Virus record (IMG/VR): IMGVR_UViG_3300044844_000506
Coordinates: 32,001-96,000 of that record
Length of the DNA stretch: 64,000 nucleotides
From: a virus
Reading direction: 5' to 3' (one strand)
Numbering within the stretch: the stretch's first letter is position 1; the number at the start of each line of letters is the position of its first letter. The notes under the pieces are model-generated. The model was not told the origin of the DNA and made no database searches. It worked only from the letters and a program-made list of their open reading frames with translations. The position numbers and the translations under genes are program-made. This document shows positions 28,801 to 38,664 of this stretch, piece after piece.

Positions 28801-28947
28801 TCCACTAGGCTCAATAGGTTGTGGACCATCAGGAGGAGCGGGAGGAATAACAATACCGCCATCTATCCCACCAGGAAGTGGTGGGGGCAATTCCCCTGGA
28901 GGACCAAATCCACAGGGAACTCGAAAAACAATATCTAAATCATTCAT
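25864..28947 (-). CDS. Virion protein with Pro-rich N-terminus and FN3/Ig-like repeats
   Basis: GLTPGEQYTYSIT, LIPLRNYRVNI, NLLVNTVYTITL. Confidence 0.75.
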   Translation of the reverse strand: MNDLDIVFRVPCGFGPPGELPPPLPGGIDGGIVIPPAPPDGPQPIEPSGPIPPDLPPYEEDLTVVVTQEQVSENSLTCITQSNFTVRLTAFIFLTSNPSVILAQVTNNNLSKTHVINFNGLTPGEQYTYSITVTKNLNWNQYVQYNPATITRTITTNSTPPVDDLEIVNSDIQIIIQNNSPVLNIYWEVINLATNQHIQADSTVIITDLFNNQTIDAFDLIGTVSPFSQSINYPSLIPLRNYRVNIQSFGLGGQSDQLSVDVQCPNYGQPQEEIPVILNEEALFSFSNNSLSLNVGFETVEQTTQNPLNTTAQVILTDQNNNSQTINLSVPDDVHTCVFNNLLVNTVYTITLTAISNTENIDTNIISNLYYDENSPVGNLNTSDGKKYYDQITRSSYTAESEYDLKYTKYSLSPSQFLPTYGEKNSNIFGKIRHYSINRIINKESGTFEEAVIDATNISDDHIKNSLNSSFRRLYNLKYTNGVPVDATKISNIIRRSIETDSVDKLDSDYIQELTKEIPLVNTVRPNITSVEKSRYGISKSSLATNRTISTRSADIDTTVSRNRNYGESLIPKKMLSIDPNKYTDDSKNLLDLWYTLPTDINKRCVFITSSGEENFYVQNTDSIEALDSSGNKVLLELTINDTLQCYITSSEEINIPTESNIANANVLRNDDEHLIMYHLGFDKQVLLTASCPDVNVEITSSVNPPLSHYILQLNTSTIIDDNSELSPFIKETDAYYNIVTSSQQDIQDLNDDIIYRAYPWLVLTINHDDPIWDYFDYSNSSVSGTTFKFTFRDVTYDGFGFKDDETDPFLVRKIPRFIVITPTNRTFYNFYNANSLLKDWNVRELRWEMSPDKKLNDIGLLQHPFEVLNSYIHSEGESKSGDYSTQSYICRYGDTTNYTKTYKNPEEIPERELDPVRAAVIKVEEIKENYEIDNGITWYDLLARLDRKHMYTLNKRADVKVINKLKNGEKTNTKIYHVKSPKNKDASSRRNPTRIVSSKGLQDIQLSYAIEVPVRPPVPPEEESLL

Positions 28948-28950
28948 CGT

Positions 28951-31230
28951 TTACTTTAAAGTAATTACGGATTGAGATGTGCCTTGAGCTAGTGTCTTAA
29001 AGAAATAAGTTGTTGGATATGCAGTAACTTTAAAAGATACTGTAGGATAGGTGCATACTCCCATGTAAGGAGCTTTAGTTGTAGCAGCACCTCCTAAGAA
29101 GTTAGATATAGACATATTATTAGTTGATCCTGTAGGTAATCCCATATCTGAGTTTCTAACTACAAAACCAGAATACCCATAAGAATCTCTATTTAGCCTA
29201 GGTTCAAATCCTTGGCCTATTGCAATTACAGCATTGTTAGTTCTTGGGGTTACAGCACTCCATGCAACATAAATAATAAATCTATCAGATTTCTTTTCCA
29301 CCCAAATTCCAGCGGAAGAGCCATCATCTAAGTTATATTGATTTCCTGATTCACTGCTTTTTTTAGTTTGAGGAATACAATTTTCAAATTGACACTCAAC
29401 TGTATAATCATTCATCCAAGGAACAGCAGCTTTATCAATTATAATTTCCTTCTTACACCAATGCATACCCCAAGTTAATGTACTACCATTAACATAAACT
29501 CCAGTTCCTAATCTTTTTTCTGCTGAAGATATACTATTTCCATTAGTACCAGAATCAAATTGACGATTTTGATTTAATAAATAAGTATTTATGTAGTCAT
29601 TTCTTCTTTGACCTTTATCAGTAGTTGATCCTGTTGGGGGGTTCATAGTCCAATATTCAGCATAATCCCAATCAGGTAAAACAGGAGCTTCAGAAAAAGG
29701 TAAGGCAGAATCTCCAATACCATTTAATTCTTTTGCTGCTAATCTGATAGCACCCTCAGGACCAAACTTTCTGCCTCCCCAAATTGTTCCACCAGCAACT
29801 ACTCTAGGCTTTAAATCCTGAGATCCCCCTGATCCAGTATTAACAGTTTGAATAACTTTATCGTATAAGTCTCGTAATTCTCTATCTAATTGTGCTGTTC
29901 CTACTACGCTATTAGCTGGAGAAATAGGAGGAGTTGCCATTAAAATACCAGCACGTTCGTTGTATGTTAATTCAGCAGTTCTAAAGAATGGTCTAATATC
30001 AATAACATCTGATGGTGCTATGACTGGTTGACCACCTACATTTATAGTTGCATTCTTTCTTACTACTACATAGCAAACTGGAAATACAGATTGACCAACT
30101 AATTGAATATTATCTGATTCTAGATTCTCAACAATATTTGGAGCCATATTCATCAGATCTTCTGGTGAAGGGAAAGATCCATGAATACCTAAACTCTTAA
30201 AACCATTATTAGTATTTTGTTGGTCTGCTACGCTTGCTAATATCTCAAATGGCTCAGATGGAGCACTTTCACTAATTACATAGTGAGTAGGGTTTCCTGG
30301 AGTATTAGATTCCTTGATGGTAAATAATCCAGCACCTTTAACTAAACCTAAAATAGGTTTGTTAATAGTTTGTGGTTCGTAAGTTGCACCAGGATATTTA
30401 GCAATTGTTGTAGACGATGCATCTATTGGATGTGAATAAATGAAAACTAAATCTATTCGGTAGTCAGCATCAATTAATTCATCTTCACCAGTATCACTAT
30501 TTCTAACTTTAAAATCATTGGGATCGTATGCAGGTACTTCTAATGTTAGTTCTTCATCTACACTTACTACAGCTAATCTGCCTACACCTCTGTACATTCT
30601 GACTAATTCTGTAGATAATTTTTGAAGAACAGAAGGCTCTAGTAGTTGATTAATTATTAATGGAGTATAGTTTACCTTAGCATACAAAGGTAAATCGTAA
30701 CTTCCTGGACCAGTTGAGATATTAGTATTAGCATTTGCATTATATGCTGTCTCTAATGTGCTTCCTTCAGGATAATCAGGTTGCCAAAAAGAAGTTTGTT
30801 CTGTTAAACCGTTCAAGAATAAAGCATCTCCAGCAACATTACTTCTAATTCTGCGAATGATTTCTTTTAAACTAGCGTAAGGAAAATCTGTAGTATTGTC
30901 ATAATACTTTCCTACACCTGGAATCCAGTTTAACAATTTAAGACTCTGCATACGAGTCTTACCGTAAGCGTCATTTATACGAGCATGGTACTGACCAGGA
31001 TTAACGTGAATTACATTATCCGATCCATTTGCATAGGGTTTTAGTTCCTGGAATCCTGCTCTAGTTCCACTTTCATCTGTAATCCCTGAGTCAATTTGAT
31101 CTTTTAACCATCTATCATTTTCCATTAGCTGCTGTAGAGGTAAATTATCTACAACATAATGATAAGGATCATTTGCTTTAAATACTCGGATAGGGTCTGT
31201 AAATTTGTGTGAGCTACTCTTAAATGTCAT
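28951..31230 (-). CDS. Tail fibre / baseplate-attached structural protein
   Basis: N-terminal DNLPLQQL..DRWL attachment motif; DIRPF. Confidence 0.7.
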   Translation of the reverse strand: MTFKSSSHKFTDPIRVFKANDPYHYVVDNLPLQQLMENDRWLKDQIDSGITDESGTRAGFQELKPYANGSDNVIHVNPGQYHARINDAYGKTRMQSLKLLNWIPGVGKYYDNTTDFPYASLKEIIRRIRSNVAGDALFLNGLTEQTSFWQPDYPEGSTLETAYNANANTNISTGPGSYDLPLYAKVNYTPLIINQLLEPSVLQKLSTELVRMYRGVGRLAVVSVDEELTLEVPAYDPNDFKVRNSDTGEDELIDADYRIDLVFIYSHPIDASSTTIAKYPGATYEPQTINKPILGLVKGAGLFTIKESNTPGNPTHYVISESAPSEPFEILASVADQQNTNNGFKSLGIHGSFPSPEDLMNMAPNIVENLESDNIQLVGQSVFPVCYVVVRKNATINVGGQPVIAPSDVIDIRPFFRTAELTYNERAGILMATPPISPANSVVGTAQLDRELRDLYDKVIQTVNTGSGGSQDLKPRVVAGGTIWGGRKFGPEGAIRLAAKELNGIGDSALPFSEAPVLPDWDYAEYWTMNPPTGSTTDKGQRRNDYINTYLLNQNRQFDSGTNGNSISSAEKRLGTGVYVNGSTLTWGMHWCKKEIIIDKAAVPWMNDYTVECQFENCIPQTKKSSESGNQYNLDDGSSAGIWVEKKSDRFIIYVAWSAVTPRTNNAVIAIGQGFEPRLNRDSYGYSGFVVRNSDMGLPTGSTNNMSISNFLGGAATTKAPYMGVCTYPTVSFKVTAYPTTYFFKTLAQGTSQSVITLK

Positions 31231-31309
31231 AGTTTAACACCTCACGGGCATTATTTTGGTTTGGGGCATCAGCCACCTGGTTTTTTTGTTTTTATTCTGA
31301 TTGTGCCCA

Positions 31310-34300
31310 TTAATTTTTCCTTGACAAATCAAAGATATTTACTGACAACAATCCAAATCCATGTCCAATAGCTGAAGTAGAGAAAGACTCAGAGCCTTCA
31401 GTATTTCTACTTCTATAAATAGTGCAGAATGGTACTCTTCCTGATCTAGCGGTAGCTCCGTTCTTTGCATTAGCAAAAGTATCTGCTGCGGATTCATCAA
31501 GTCTAATTCTAGTTCTATAGGAAGAATCAATCATAGCAGAAGTTGTTAAGAAAGCTGAAGCAGATCCTAACGTCTTATAGATCGAGGATACTTCAGGTGC
31601 AGCACTTACTGATCCAGAAGGATTGTATCCTTGTGCCCAAGTTTGATACGCAGAGTTATAAATTAAACCTGTGGTGTAGTAGTTTAAGAACTTAGCTGCA
31701 CCATCAACTGCAACCATGAGCCTGAATGGTCCGTAGTTTGTTCCTGCTGTAGCTCCTGAAGCTCCATAGAAGTCTAGAACACTTAGCCTACCTGTATCAG
31801 GGACCGTAGTTGGAGCAGCAGAGGCTGGAACTCCACCAGATAAGTATACAGCAGAAGGACCATAGTAACCTGCTAAACTTGGATATAAACCACTTACTGA
31901 ACAGTAAGAAGCATTTAAGAATGAGTCAGGGCCAATGTTCCATATTCTTAATAAATCACAATTACCACCAGAACTGACATCATACAAGATTCCTGAGGTA
32001 TTATCCCATCCACAAGGGAAGTGTACGTTCTTAACATTAACAATACTTCCATCAATGGCTCTTACACACATACCACCAGTAGAATACTTGAGTATATCTG
32101 CGTTAGCCCCAACTAAATTCCAATCTAGTAATATACTATCAGTAGTTACTACGTTATTAGTTTCTAGTCCAGCGTTACCACCAGTTTCTCCAATATCATA
32201 TCTTGTAGGAGTTCCTATTACAGCAGTTTCATCTTGTCCATTTGGATAAAACTGCATATAGCCAGCAGAAACATAAGTTTGAATGTTTAGTCCATTATTC
32301 TGATTATAGTCTGTTGATGAGGTTTGTGATGCGGGCCAGAAAGAATTAAAATCTCCTAAGTTTTCCATATTGATTATGGAATTCTTATTAGCAACTAAAC
32401 AAGCTCTTGTTGAATGTAATTCAATCAAGCTATGATTAGTAGCTGATGATAGATCAAACGAGGATGCTAATATATTACCTTCATCGTCTCTGTGTGGTAC
32501 AAAGTTAATTACAGATCCATTCTCTGCTAGTACGTCAATACCTGCATTACAAATTAAAGTTGGACCTTGGAATTCAACTATTGAATTATTATTAGCATAT
32601 ACGTTTGCAGTGTATTTCTGTGCAGCATAGATAGGTGGACCTTGTAAGAACGAGATCTTACTACCATCACCAGCACAAACTAATTTAGAGTTATCACTTA
32701 CGTTTGCAAGTAATCCATAGATTACTTTATTAGATCCTGCAAATCCACTTTGATTATTTGTTATGTAAGGTCTAATAAGTTTAGCTGTAGAGTTATTTGA
32801 AATCTTTACTGCTGGAACGCTAATCTCATTTCCTAACTCCTCTACTGTTCCTGTAGAATACTTAACATAGAATGGACCGTACTTAGTTGGTAAACTTGCC
32901 CCTTCTGTGTACATTAACTGACTATTATTAAGATCTAAGTTTATTCCGTTACGATGGAAATACAACTGACCATAGCCATCTAAATCTACTGACTTAGTAA
33001 ATTGATATAAGTCTGGGTTATATTGTATATGAGACTGATCAGCTTTTAATCCAGCAGTTTGATTATATTCAAATGTTCCTTCATTTAAAGATAAGTCAGA
33101 TTCTACCATCCACATTCCAATATCATTAGAATGCACATCTAGTCTTCCAGGAACTTCCATAGTAGATTCATTCATCTTAATTCCTATGTTGTTATGGAAA
33201 GATTGAATGAATGTCATTCCTGATGCAGAAGTTACGTCTTTTCTTGAAGTTCCACCAGACCACTTAGAATTAATTAACTCAATACCATAGTAATTTTTAG
33301 TAGAATGAATTATAGCCTCTACACCTGAAACATAAGGTGAACTACTAACAACAATATTACTATTTATTGCTCTAATGCCAGCAGATTTATATGAAGATTT
33401 AATTCTAGAAGTTACGAGTGTATAGTTACGCATTGAAACTATACCTCTATTGATTACTACTTCAGATGATGTAAATTTAAATCCTGCTTCTTTACAACGA
33501 ATTGCTAAAGAGTTTTCTAATATTACTCTACTATTCTGAATATCAAAACCATTTACAGTATTGTGTTCTAAGTTTGATAGTTGTGCTAATCCACCATCTA
33601 CGGCAAAATTTCTAATATAGATAGGTCCATTACAATTTGTAACATTTATTTGATTAAAATAGTTACCGTAGAAATAACCTGTAATTGGATAAGAGGAGAC
33701 TGTTGCTACCTTAATATCAACTCGACCATTAGTTTCTACGTTAGTATTGCTACCAGTCATATAACTGTCATCTAACGTATTATAAGATTTAAAGTCTGCA
33801 CTACTTGAGAAGTCTCTAGTTTCATCATACTCTAAAGGATTCAAAGAACTAGCATTAGCATTACTAAAAATTGTTGCACTTGTACTAGTTGATGGAACAG
33901 ATAATATGGAAGAGCCTGGGCCTGTTGCAACTGCTAAATCTTGATATCCATGTGCTCTATTGTAATAAACAATACAATTTGATTTATTCCATCTAGTATC
34001 AGCAGATACATCAACTGAACTACAAACTTTTGTATTTATAGATACAGCACTTGTTGCAGCAAGTGTATCAAATAAATCACCTGAAGAAGGTTGTGAGTTA
34101 ACACCAACTAATACAGTCTTAAGTCCTGTAGAAGTTTTACCATAAATTTTAGAGAAGTTTCGGTTTACTATTTCTAATCCACCGTTATCTTTAAATTTTA
34201 GGTTTCTTAAATCTAAAGTACCTAAGTTTCCGAAACTAGCAACTTCAATAATTATAGGATGAGCAATAACTTCAGGTAGTGCTAAAATAGCTGCACTTAC

Positions 34301-34576
34301 AGACTTATAAACTAAACCACTTGATTCACCTGCAAATCCAGCATCAGCAGAAACAGCCATCATCATTCCAGGGATACCACTAAATCCATTAGCTGTAGGA
34401 TACCCCATCTTCTCCCAAAGATAATGGGTACGCTCATCTAGATCATAGAGTGGTTCGTTGTCTTGTTCCCAGTTATAAAATGAACTGGAATCAAATTTTG
34501 TAACGTGATCTGTCCAGCTATTATAAAGAGAGGCTGTTCCGCTTGCTAAGTAAAGATCTGATGCTATAAATGCCAT
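31310..34576 (-). CDS. Tailspike-like parallel beta-helix protein
   Basis: DNEPLYDLDERTHYL; repeated GI....S.I turns typical of pectin-lyase folds. Confidence 0.75.
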   Translation of the reverse strand: MAFIASDLYLASGTASLYNSWTDHVTKFDSSSFYNWEQDNEPLYDLDERTHYLWEKMGYPTANGFSGIPGMMMAVSADAGFAGESSGLVYKSVSAAILALPEVIAHPIIIEVASFGNLGTLDLRNLKFKDNGGLEIVNRNFSKIYGKTSTGLKTVLVGVNSQPSSGDLFDTLAATSAVSINTKVCSSVDVSADTRWNKSNCIVYYNRAHGYQDLAVATGPGSSILSVPSTSTSATIFSNANASSLNPLEYDETRDFSSSADFKSYNTLDDSYMTGSNTNVETNGRVDIKVATVSSYPITGYFYGNYFNQINVTNCNGPIYIRNFAVDGGLAQLSNLEHNTVNGFDIQNSRVILENSLAIRCKEAGFKFTSSEVVINRGIVSMRNYTLVTSRIKSSYKSAGIRAINSNIVVSSSPYVSGVEAIIHSTKNYYGIELINSKWSGGTSRKDVTSASGMTFIQSFHNNIGIKMNESTMEVPGRLDVHSNDIGMWMVESDLSLNEGTFEYNQTAGLKADQSHIQYNPDLYQFTKSVDLDGYGQLYFHRNGINLDLNNSQLMYTEGASLPTKYGPFYVKYSTGTVEELGNEISVPAVKISNNSTAKLIRPYITNNQSGFAGSNKVIYGLLANVSDNSKLVCAGDGSKISFLQGPPIYAAQKYTANVYANNNSIVEFQGPTLICNAGIDVLAENGSVINFVPHRDDEGNILASSFDLSSATNHSLIELHSTRACLVANKNSIINMENLGDFNSFWPASQTSSTDYNQNNGLNIQTYVSAGYMQFYPNGQDETAVIGTPTRYDIGETGGNAGLETNNVVTTDSILLDWNLVGANADILKYSTGGMCVRAIDGSIVNVKNVHFPCGWDNTSGILYDVSSGGNCDLLRIWNIGPDSFLNASYCSVSGLYPSLAGYYGPSAVYLSGGVPASAAPTTVPDTGRLSVLDFYGASGATAGTNYGPFRLMVAVDGAAKFLNYYTTGLIYNSAYQTWAQGYNPSGSVSAAPEVSSIYKTLGSASAFLTTSAMIDSSYRTRIRLDESAADTFANAKNGATARSGRVPFCTIYRSRNTEGSESFSTSAIGHGFGLLSVNIFDLSRKN

Positions 34577-34586
34577 ATTTTATACT

Positions 34587-35159
34587 CTAGAAATGTATTG
34601 TCCATCTAAACAAAATGCTAAAATCATTAGTCTTTTCAAGACTTGTAAAATACCTATAAGCGACTAATACAGATTCTGTCGTAGCCTGCCCTGTTGGATT
34701 TTTCATGAAAAGCCCAATTTCATTTAGTGGTTCAGTTATATTTAGGGCATTTTCAGGTATTACTATATTAAATCTAACACTAGTAGCAGATGCTTTTTGT
34801 ATGTTCTGCGCTGGTATGATTATAAATGGTTGATCTGTAACAACAGACCCGTTTTGATAATGACTATGTTGAGTAACAGGTAAATCTGTACCGCTTAGTT
34901 GATTAAAAGGAACACAGGAGGCTAATTTAAAAGTAGAAACCCCGTAGTTTGAAGTTCCTGATATACCTAACTGAGAATACTTAATTTGATAGTCTAAAAT
35001 ATTAGTAGAGCCTAATTCACTAAATAAATGAGCTAGTCCGTAACCCATTCCAGATACAATGACGTTATGGTCTTTCCAATGGATCTCTTCTCGCCCATCT
35101 GAATAGACTTTAATAATTTCTAAGTAGCCCCGTGTTTTTAAACTATCTTCTTTTCTCAT
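34587..35159 (-). CDS. Baseplate/tail-collar protein (paralog 1)
   Basis: RGYLEII, NVIV, EIGLF, LVAYRYF, KT..F.I..RW.I. Confidence 0.7.
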   Translation of the reverse strand: MRKEDSLKTRGYLEIIKVYSDGREEIHWKDHNVIVSGMGYGLAHLFSELGSTNILDYQIKYSQLGISGTSNYGVSTFKLASCVPFNQLSGTDLPVTQHSHYQNGSVVTDQPFIIIPAQNIQKASATSVRFNIVIPENALNITEPLNEIGLFMKNPTGQATTESVLVAYRYFTSLEKTNDFSILFRWTIHF

Positions 35160-35163
35160 CTCT

Positions 35164-35174
35164 TATTTATATAG
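35164..35174 (-). promoter_or_regulatory. Putative late promoter CTATATAAATA
   Basis: TATAAATA match in a 17-bp spacer. Confidence 0.55.
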
Positions 35175-35176
35175 GG

Positions 35177-37648
35177 TTAAGGGTATATTTCATAGTAACC
35201 TAATCTGTTCAAAGTTAAAGTAGTTTGACCACTTGAATAAGTACAAATTACTCCAGAAACAGTAGGGCGTCTAAAATTATTTCCATTTTTTATTAAAATT
35301 TCAGAGGTAGCTAATGAACCATTAACATATCTAGAATAAATTATCTTAGATGGAATAGATTCTATATTACTTATATTTAGTATTCTGTTTTCCGTTGAGG
35401 GATAAAGCGTAGAAGATAAATTATAAATTTTTAATGGGTTAGTATTACTTATGTTAAAATCTGCTAAAATAGGATCAAAGTAAGGAGAGTTAATTGCTGC
35501 TCCTGTATTAATTAAAGAATTAATAGCTGAAACCCATAAGGTATTAGCGGGCCTATCTATTTTCCAATTAAATACTCCTAGTCCTGAAGTAAGCAAACTT
35601 GAGCTATATTGATTAAACGAAGCAGACATCTTTAATCTAAAATAAAAATAATTATCATTACCCACTACCATTGTTGAGGCTTCTGTTGGAAAATTTAAAG
35701 TAGCACTAGATAAGAAATTTAACATATCATTTTGATTTACCATTCCAAGATGGTGAGTGCCTGTTTTAATATCTACCTGCTTATAAACATCATCTCCACT
35801 TGCATCTTTACCTGGACCATAACCAATATTACTACTAACAGGTAATCCATCAAAAGCCGCTGAAACCATTCCAAGTCCTATCCACATATTTTCTATATCA
35901 TCAGCAGATGAGACTTGTAACTTATAATTAGAATGTATATTATTAGAAGATAACTCATGAGCTAATAAATTACTAGCATATGTAACAATATCACCCTGAC
36001 TATCTTCAGGAGAATACATTACATAAAGCGGTAAATGCTTTAAATTATTAAACATTCCAGTAGACGCAACATAAGTACTAGCCACTAGATTAGATCCAAC
36101 AGTAGTAGTTCTATTATAAATAAATGGTGCATCGCTTGGAGTAAAAGATGATAACTCATTAGCAGAAACACCTGATCCAGCACCACCATGAGTTAATTCA
36201 ACTGGTAGATAATCTAAATTACCGCTACAATTATTCCAGAAAATTAAAACATCTCCTGCGGGAGCATTAGATTCATCTCTTCCAGGAGTATTCCAATAAG
36301 GAGACGCTGAATGAATTGAAGAAGCTGCATATTTCTCCCATAATTTCCATGTATTAAATGTTCCACCTACAGAAGCTACGGCAGCGGGGCAAATAGCACT
36401 GGGATTAGCATCATTTAATTGTGCAGCAAAATTTAAAGCGCATCCTCCACCTTGGGAGAATCCAACAAAATAAATTCTTGTTTTATCTATTGGATAATGA
36501 TTAACTGTATACTCTAATATTTTTTTAAATTGTTCAAAAACAATAATATTGTTCCAATTATTAGGAGTTCCCTTAGCATGAGGATAAATAGAAGATCCTG
36601 TTAAAGGTGGATTTACTTCATCTTGTGGTGTACCAAAATAAGGTTGCCAATCTGGATCTAATGCAGAATTTGGCGGTCCCACTCTTCCGTGAGGAGCCAT
36701 ATAAAACCATCCTCTATCTAATACATCTTGATATAAAGTAGGTTTAACTATAGTTGGTGGATCAAAGAGTACTAAAGAGGAAAGAAGACCATCATACCAT
36801 CCATTACTTACAGTAACATTTCCAGTAAGCCTCCATTGGTTTTGAGACTGACCAATACCATGAAATGCTACAACTAGTGGGGCACCTTGGTAATCATAAG
36901 TTGGAGGGATACCAACTTCAAATCTATCTGGAAAATCAGTAGTAGTATTAAAATCACCTACACCACTTAACATATCAAAGGTATAATACCTTCTTTCATT
37001 TAATCCTAAGAAGCCTAAACTGTTATTACCTATATCCTCAACAGTTATTCTCCAAAGAATTACAAAACTAAAATCTGAAGTTTTAGTAATTGGCTCAAAA
37101 GATTTATACGCAACTAATATTGGTCTGTTATTGTTAGGCGATCCATCTGGATTACTCATAAACAATCCAACCTCAGAAATAGGCATTGAGTTTGCCATAG
37201 TCTTATCAAGGACTAAACGGGTAGAAAAGCCTTTAGAGGAAAAAATAGATCTACTCTTTGCATCTATACCTACAAAGGTGTTTACTTTGGTAGTGTAATT
37301 AATTGGAGAGACAAAGTTACCATATTCTGCTACTACTTGATTTAGATTGACTATTTCTTGAATAGATCCGTCTCCACCTAATTCAGCAGCGGTTAATGCA
37401 TCATCTAATTCGTAAAAAGACCTATTAATATAATTAGTTGTTGTAGGAAAATTTGCTGATAAGTTGCCAACTCCTACTTGAAAATATGAAATTTTGTAAT
37501 CATCAAGGTCTGTTGATCCATAACCAGAAAATAAATTAGCTAAACCATAACCTAAACCTTCAGCTATGTTATTCTTAGAACGATGGACTATCTCACATCT
37601 ACCATCGTCATATTCTTTAATAATCTCTACTTCACCTATAAATTTCAT
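35177..37648 (-). CDS. Baseplate/tail-collar domain (paralog 2) fused to alpha/beta-hydrolase esterase
   Basis: PLVVAFHG, IDKTRIYFVGFSQGG nucleophile elbow. Confidence 0.8.
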   Translation of the reverse strand: MKFIGEVEIIKEYDDGRCEIVHRSKNNIAEGLGYGLANLFSGYGSTDLDDYKISYFQVGVGNLSANFPTTTNYINRSFYELDDALTAAELGGDGSIQEIVNLNQVVAEYGNFVSPINYTTKVNTFVGIDAKSRSIFSSKGFSTRLVLDKTMANSMPISEVGLFMSNPDGSPNNNRPILVAYKSFEPITKTSDFSFVILWRITVEDIGNNSLGFLGLNERRYYTFDMLSGVGDFNTTTDFPDRFEVGIPPTYDYQGAPLVVAFHGIGQSQNQWRLTGNVTVSNGWYDGLLSSLVLFDPPTIVKPTLYQDVLDRGWFYMAPHGRVGPPNSALDPDWQPYFGTPQDEVNPPLTGSSIYPHAKGTPNNWNNIIVFEQFKKILEYTVNHYPIDKTRIYFVGFSQGGGCALNFAAQLNDANPSAICPAAVASVGGTFNTWKLWEKYAASSIHSASPYWNTPGRDESNAPAGDVLIFWNNCSGNLDYLPVELTHGGAGSGVSANELSSFTPSDAPFIYNRTTTVGSNLVASTYVASTGMFNNLKHLPLYVMYSPEDSQGDIVTYASNLLAHELSSNNIHSNYKLQVSSADDIENMWIGLGMVSAAFDGLPVSSNIGYGPGKDASGDDVYKQVDIKTGTHHLGMVNQNDMLNFLSSATLNFPTEASTMVVGNDNYFYFRLKMSASFNQYSSSLLTSGLGVFNWKIDRPANTLWVSAINSLINTGAAINSPYFDPILADFNISNTNPLKIYNLSSTLYPSTENRILNISNIESIPSKIIYSRYVNGSLATSEILIKNGNNFRRPTVSGVICTYSSGQTTLTLNRLGYYEIYP

Positions 37649-38664
37649 ATAAAATAAATACTCCAGTTAATCTCCATCGTAGTACCTATGTTTAAGCCAG
37701 CATTAGTTCCTGAATCTTGTACCCTACAAATGTTTGTGTTAAATACTTTTTTAGCAAATAACTTATATACCCTTTTAGGGTATAGCGTATTTAATTGATC
37801 TCCTGTGCTCGGGAAAGATCCTCCATTTTTTAGTGTGTTTTCTATATCAATATACCACAGACCCATTGTTGATATTCCACCATATAGATTAGCTAATTTA
37901 AAATTGGTACTATCTATTTTAGTAGAATACTTAACTTTACCTAAGCTACTAACTAATTCATCATCTGCTGAAACAGAGTTTACTACAAATCCTCCTAAAC
38001 CATTTGACCCATGTTTAGTAATAAAACCTCTCCAATCTATTGCAGAAAAAGTATTATAGTTTAATGTACTATTTAGAATAGTAGATGTAACAGTATTTAA
38101 ACCAGAACTGTCTCTTAAAAAAATTCTAGCTCTAGCTGTTCCCGTGAAAATACTCGCATCCTCTGCATAACATCCAAAATAAGGTATAGAGGATATATTT
38201 AAAGAACTAAACAGAGGAACAGCAGAAAGACCTTCTCTCCATAATCCAAAAATATTTAGATTCTGTTTATAATCTGGAATATATGGAAGTAAAGATGAGA
38301 CTTCAGATTGAAGATGTCTATCTAATGGGTCAGGATACTCTGGAAGGCTGTTAATAGGTGCATAACTAGATGTGGCACCACTTGTATTATTTACATATAA
38401 TTCAAATCTAGTTCCTGTGTAAACCGAACTCATTATACTTGATGAGTGTGAGTTAGTTGAGTAAGCAAATCCATCTTTACCAAATGAGATAGCTTGAACA
38501 GTATAATTTGAGGAGTCTAATAAAGCAGAAGCTGTGGGTATGTTCTGTAAACTTGGAGAGATGGTCATTATATCTGTTAATAATTCAGCACCTCCATCTA
38601 CTATTAAGTTTTCGGATTCTAAAACTTTAACTCCATCATAGACTAATTCTACTACACCTCTCAT
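37645..38664 (-). CDS. Baseplate/tail-collar protein (paralog 3)
   Basis: Start re-placed at MRGVVEL (TAATG overlap at 38664); NLIVDG, MGLW, LFAKKVF, INWSI. Confidence 0.7.
   Translation of the reverse strand: MRGVVELVYDGVKVLESENLIVDGGAELLTDIMTISPSLQNIPTASALLDSSNYTVQAISFGKDGFAYSTNSHSSSIMSSVYTGTRFELYVNNTSGATSSYAPINSLPEYPDPLDRHLQSEVSSLLPYIPDYKQNLNIFGLWREGLSAVPLFSSLNISSIPYFGCYAEDASIFTGTARARIFLRDSSGLNTVTSTILNSTLNYNTFSAIDWRGFITKHGSNGLGGFVVNSVSADDELVSSLGKVKYSTKIDSTNFKLANLYGGISTMGLWYIDIENTLKNGGSFPSTGDQLNTLYPKRVYKLFAKKVFNTNICRVQDSGTNAGLNIGTTMEINWSIYFI

Noticed and set aside
31269-31271. Selenocysteine at GG-TGA-C in the mini-ORF
   Set aside because: No convincing SECIS hairpin downstream; TGATG coupling explains it more simply
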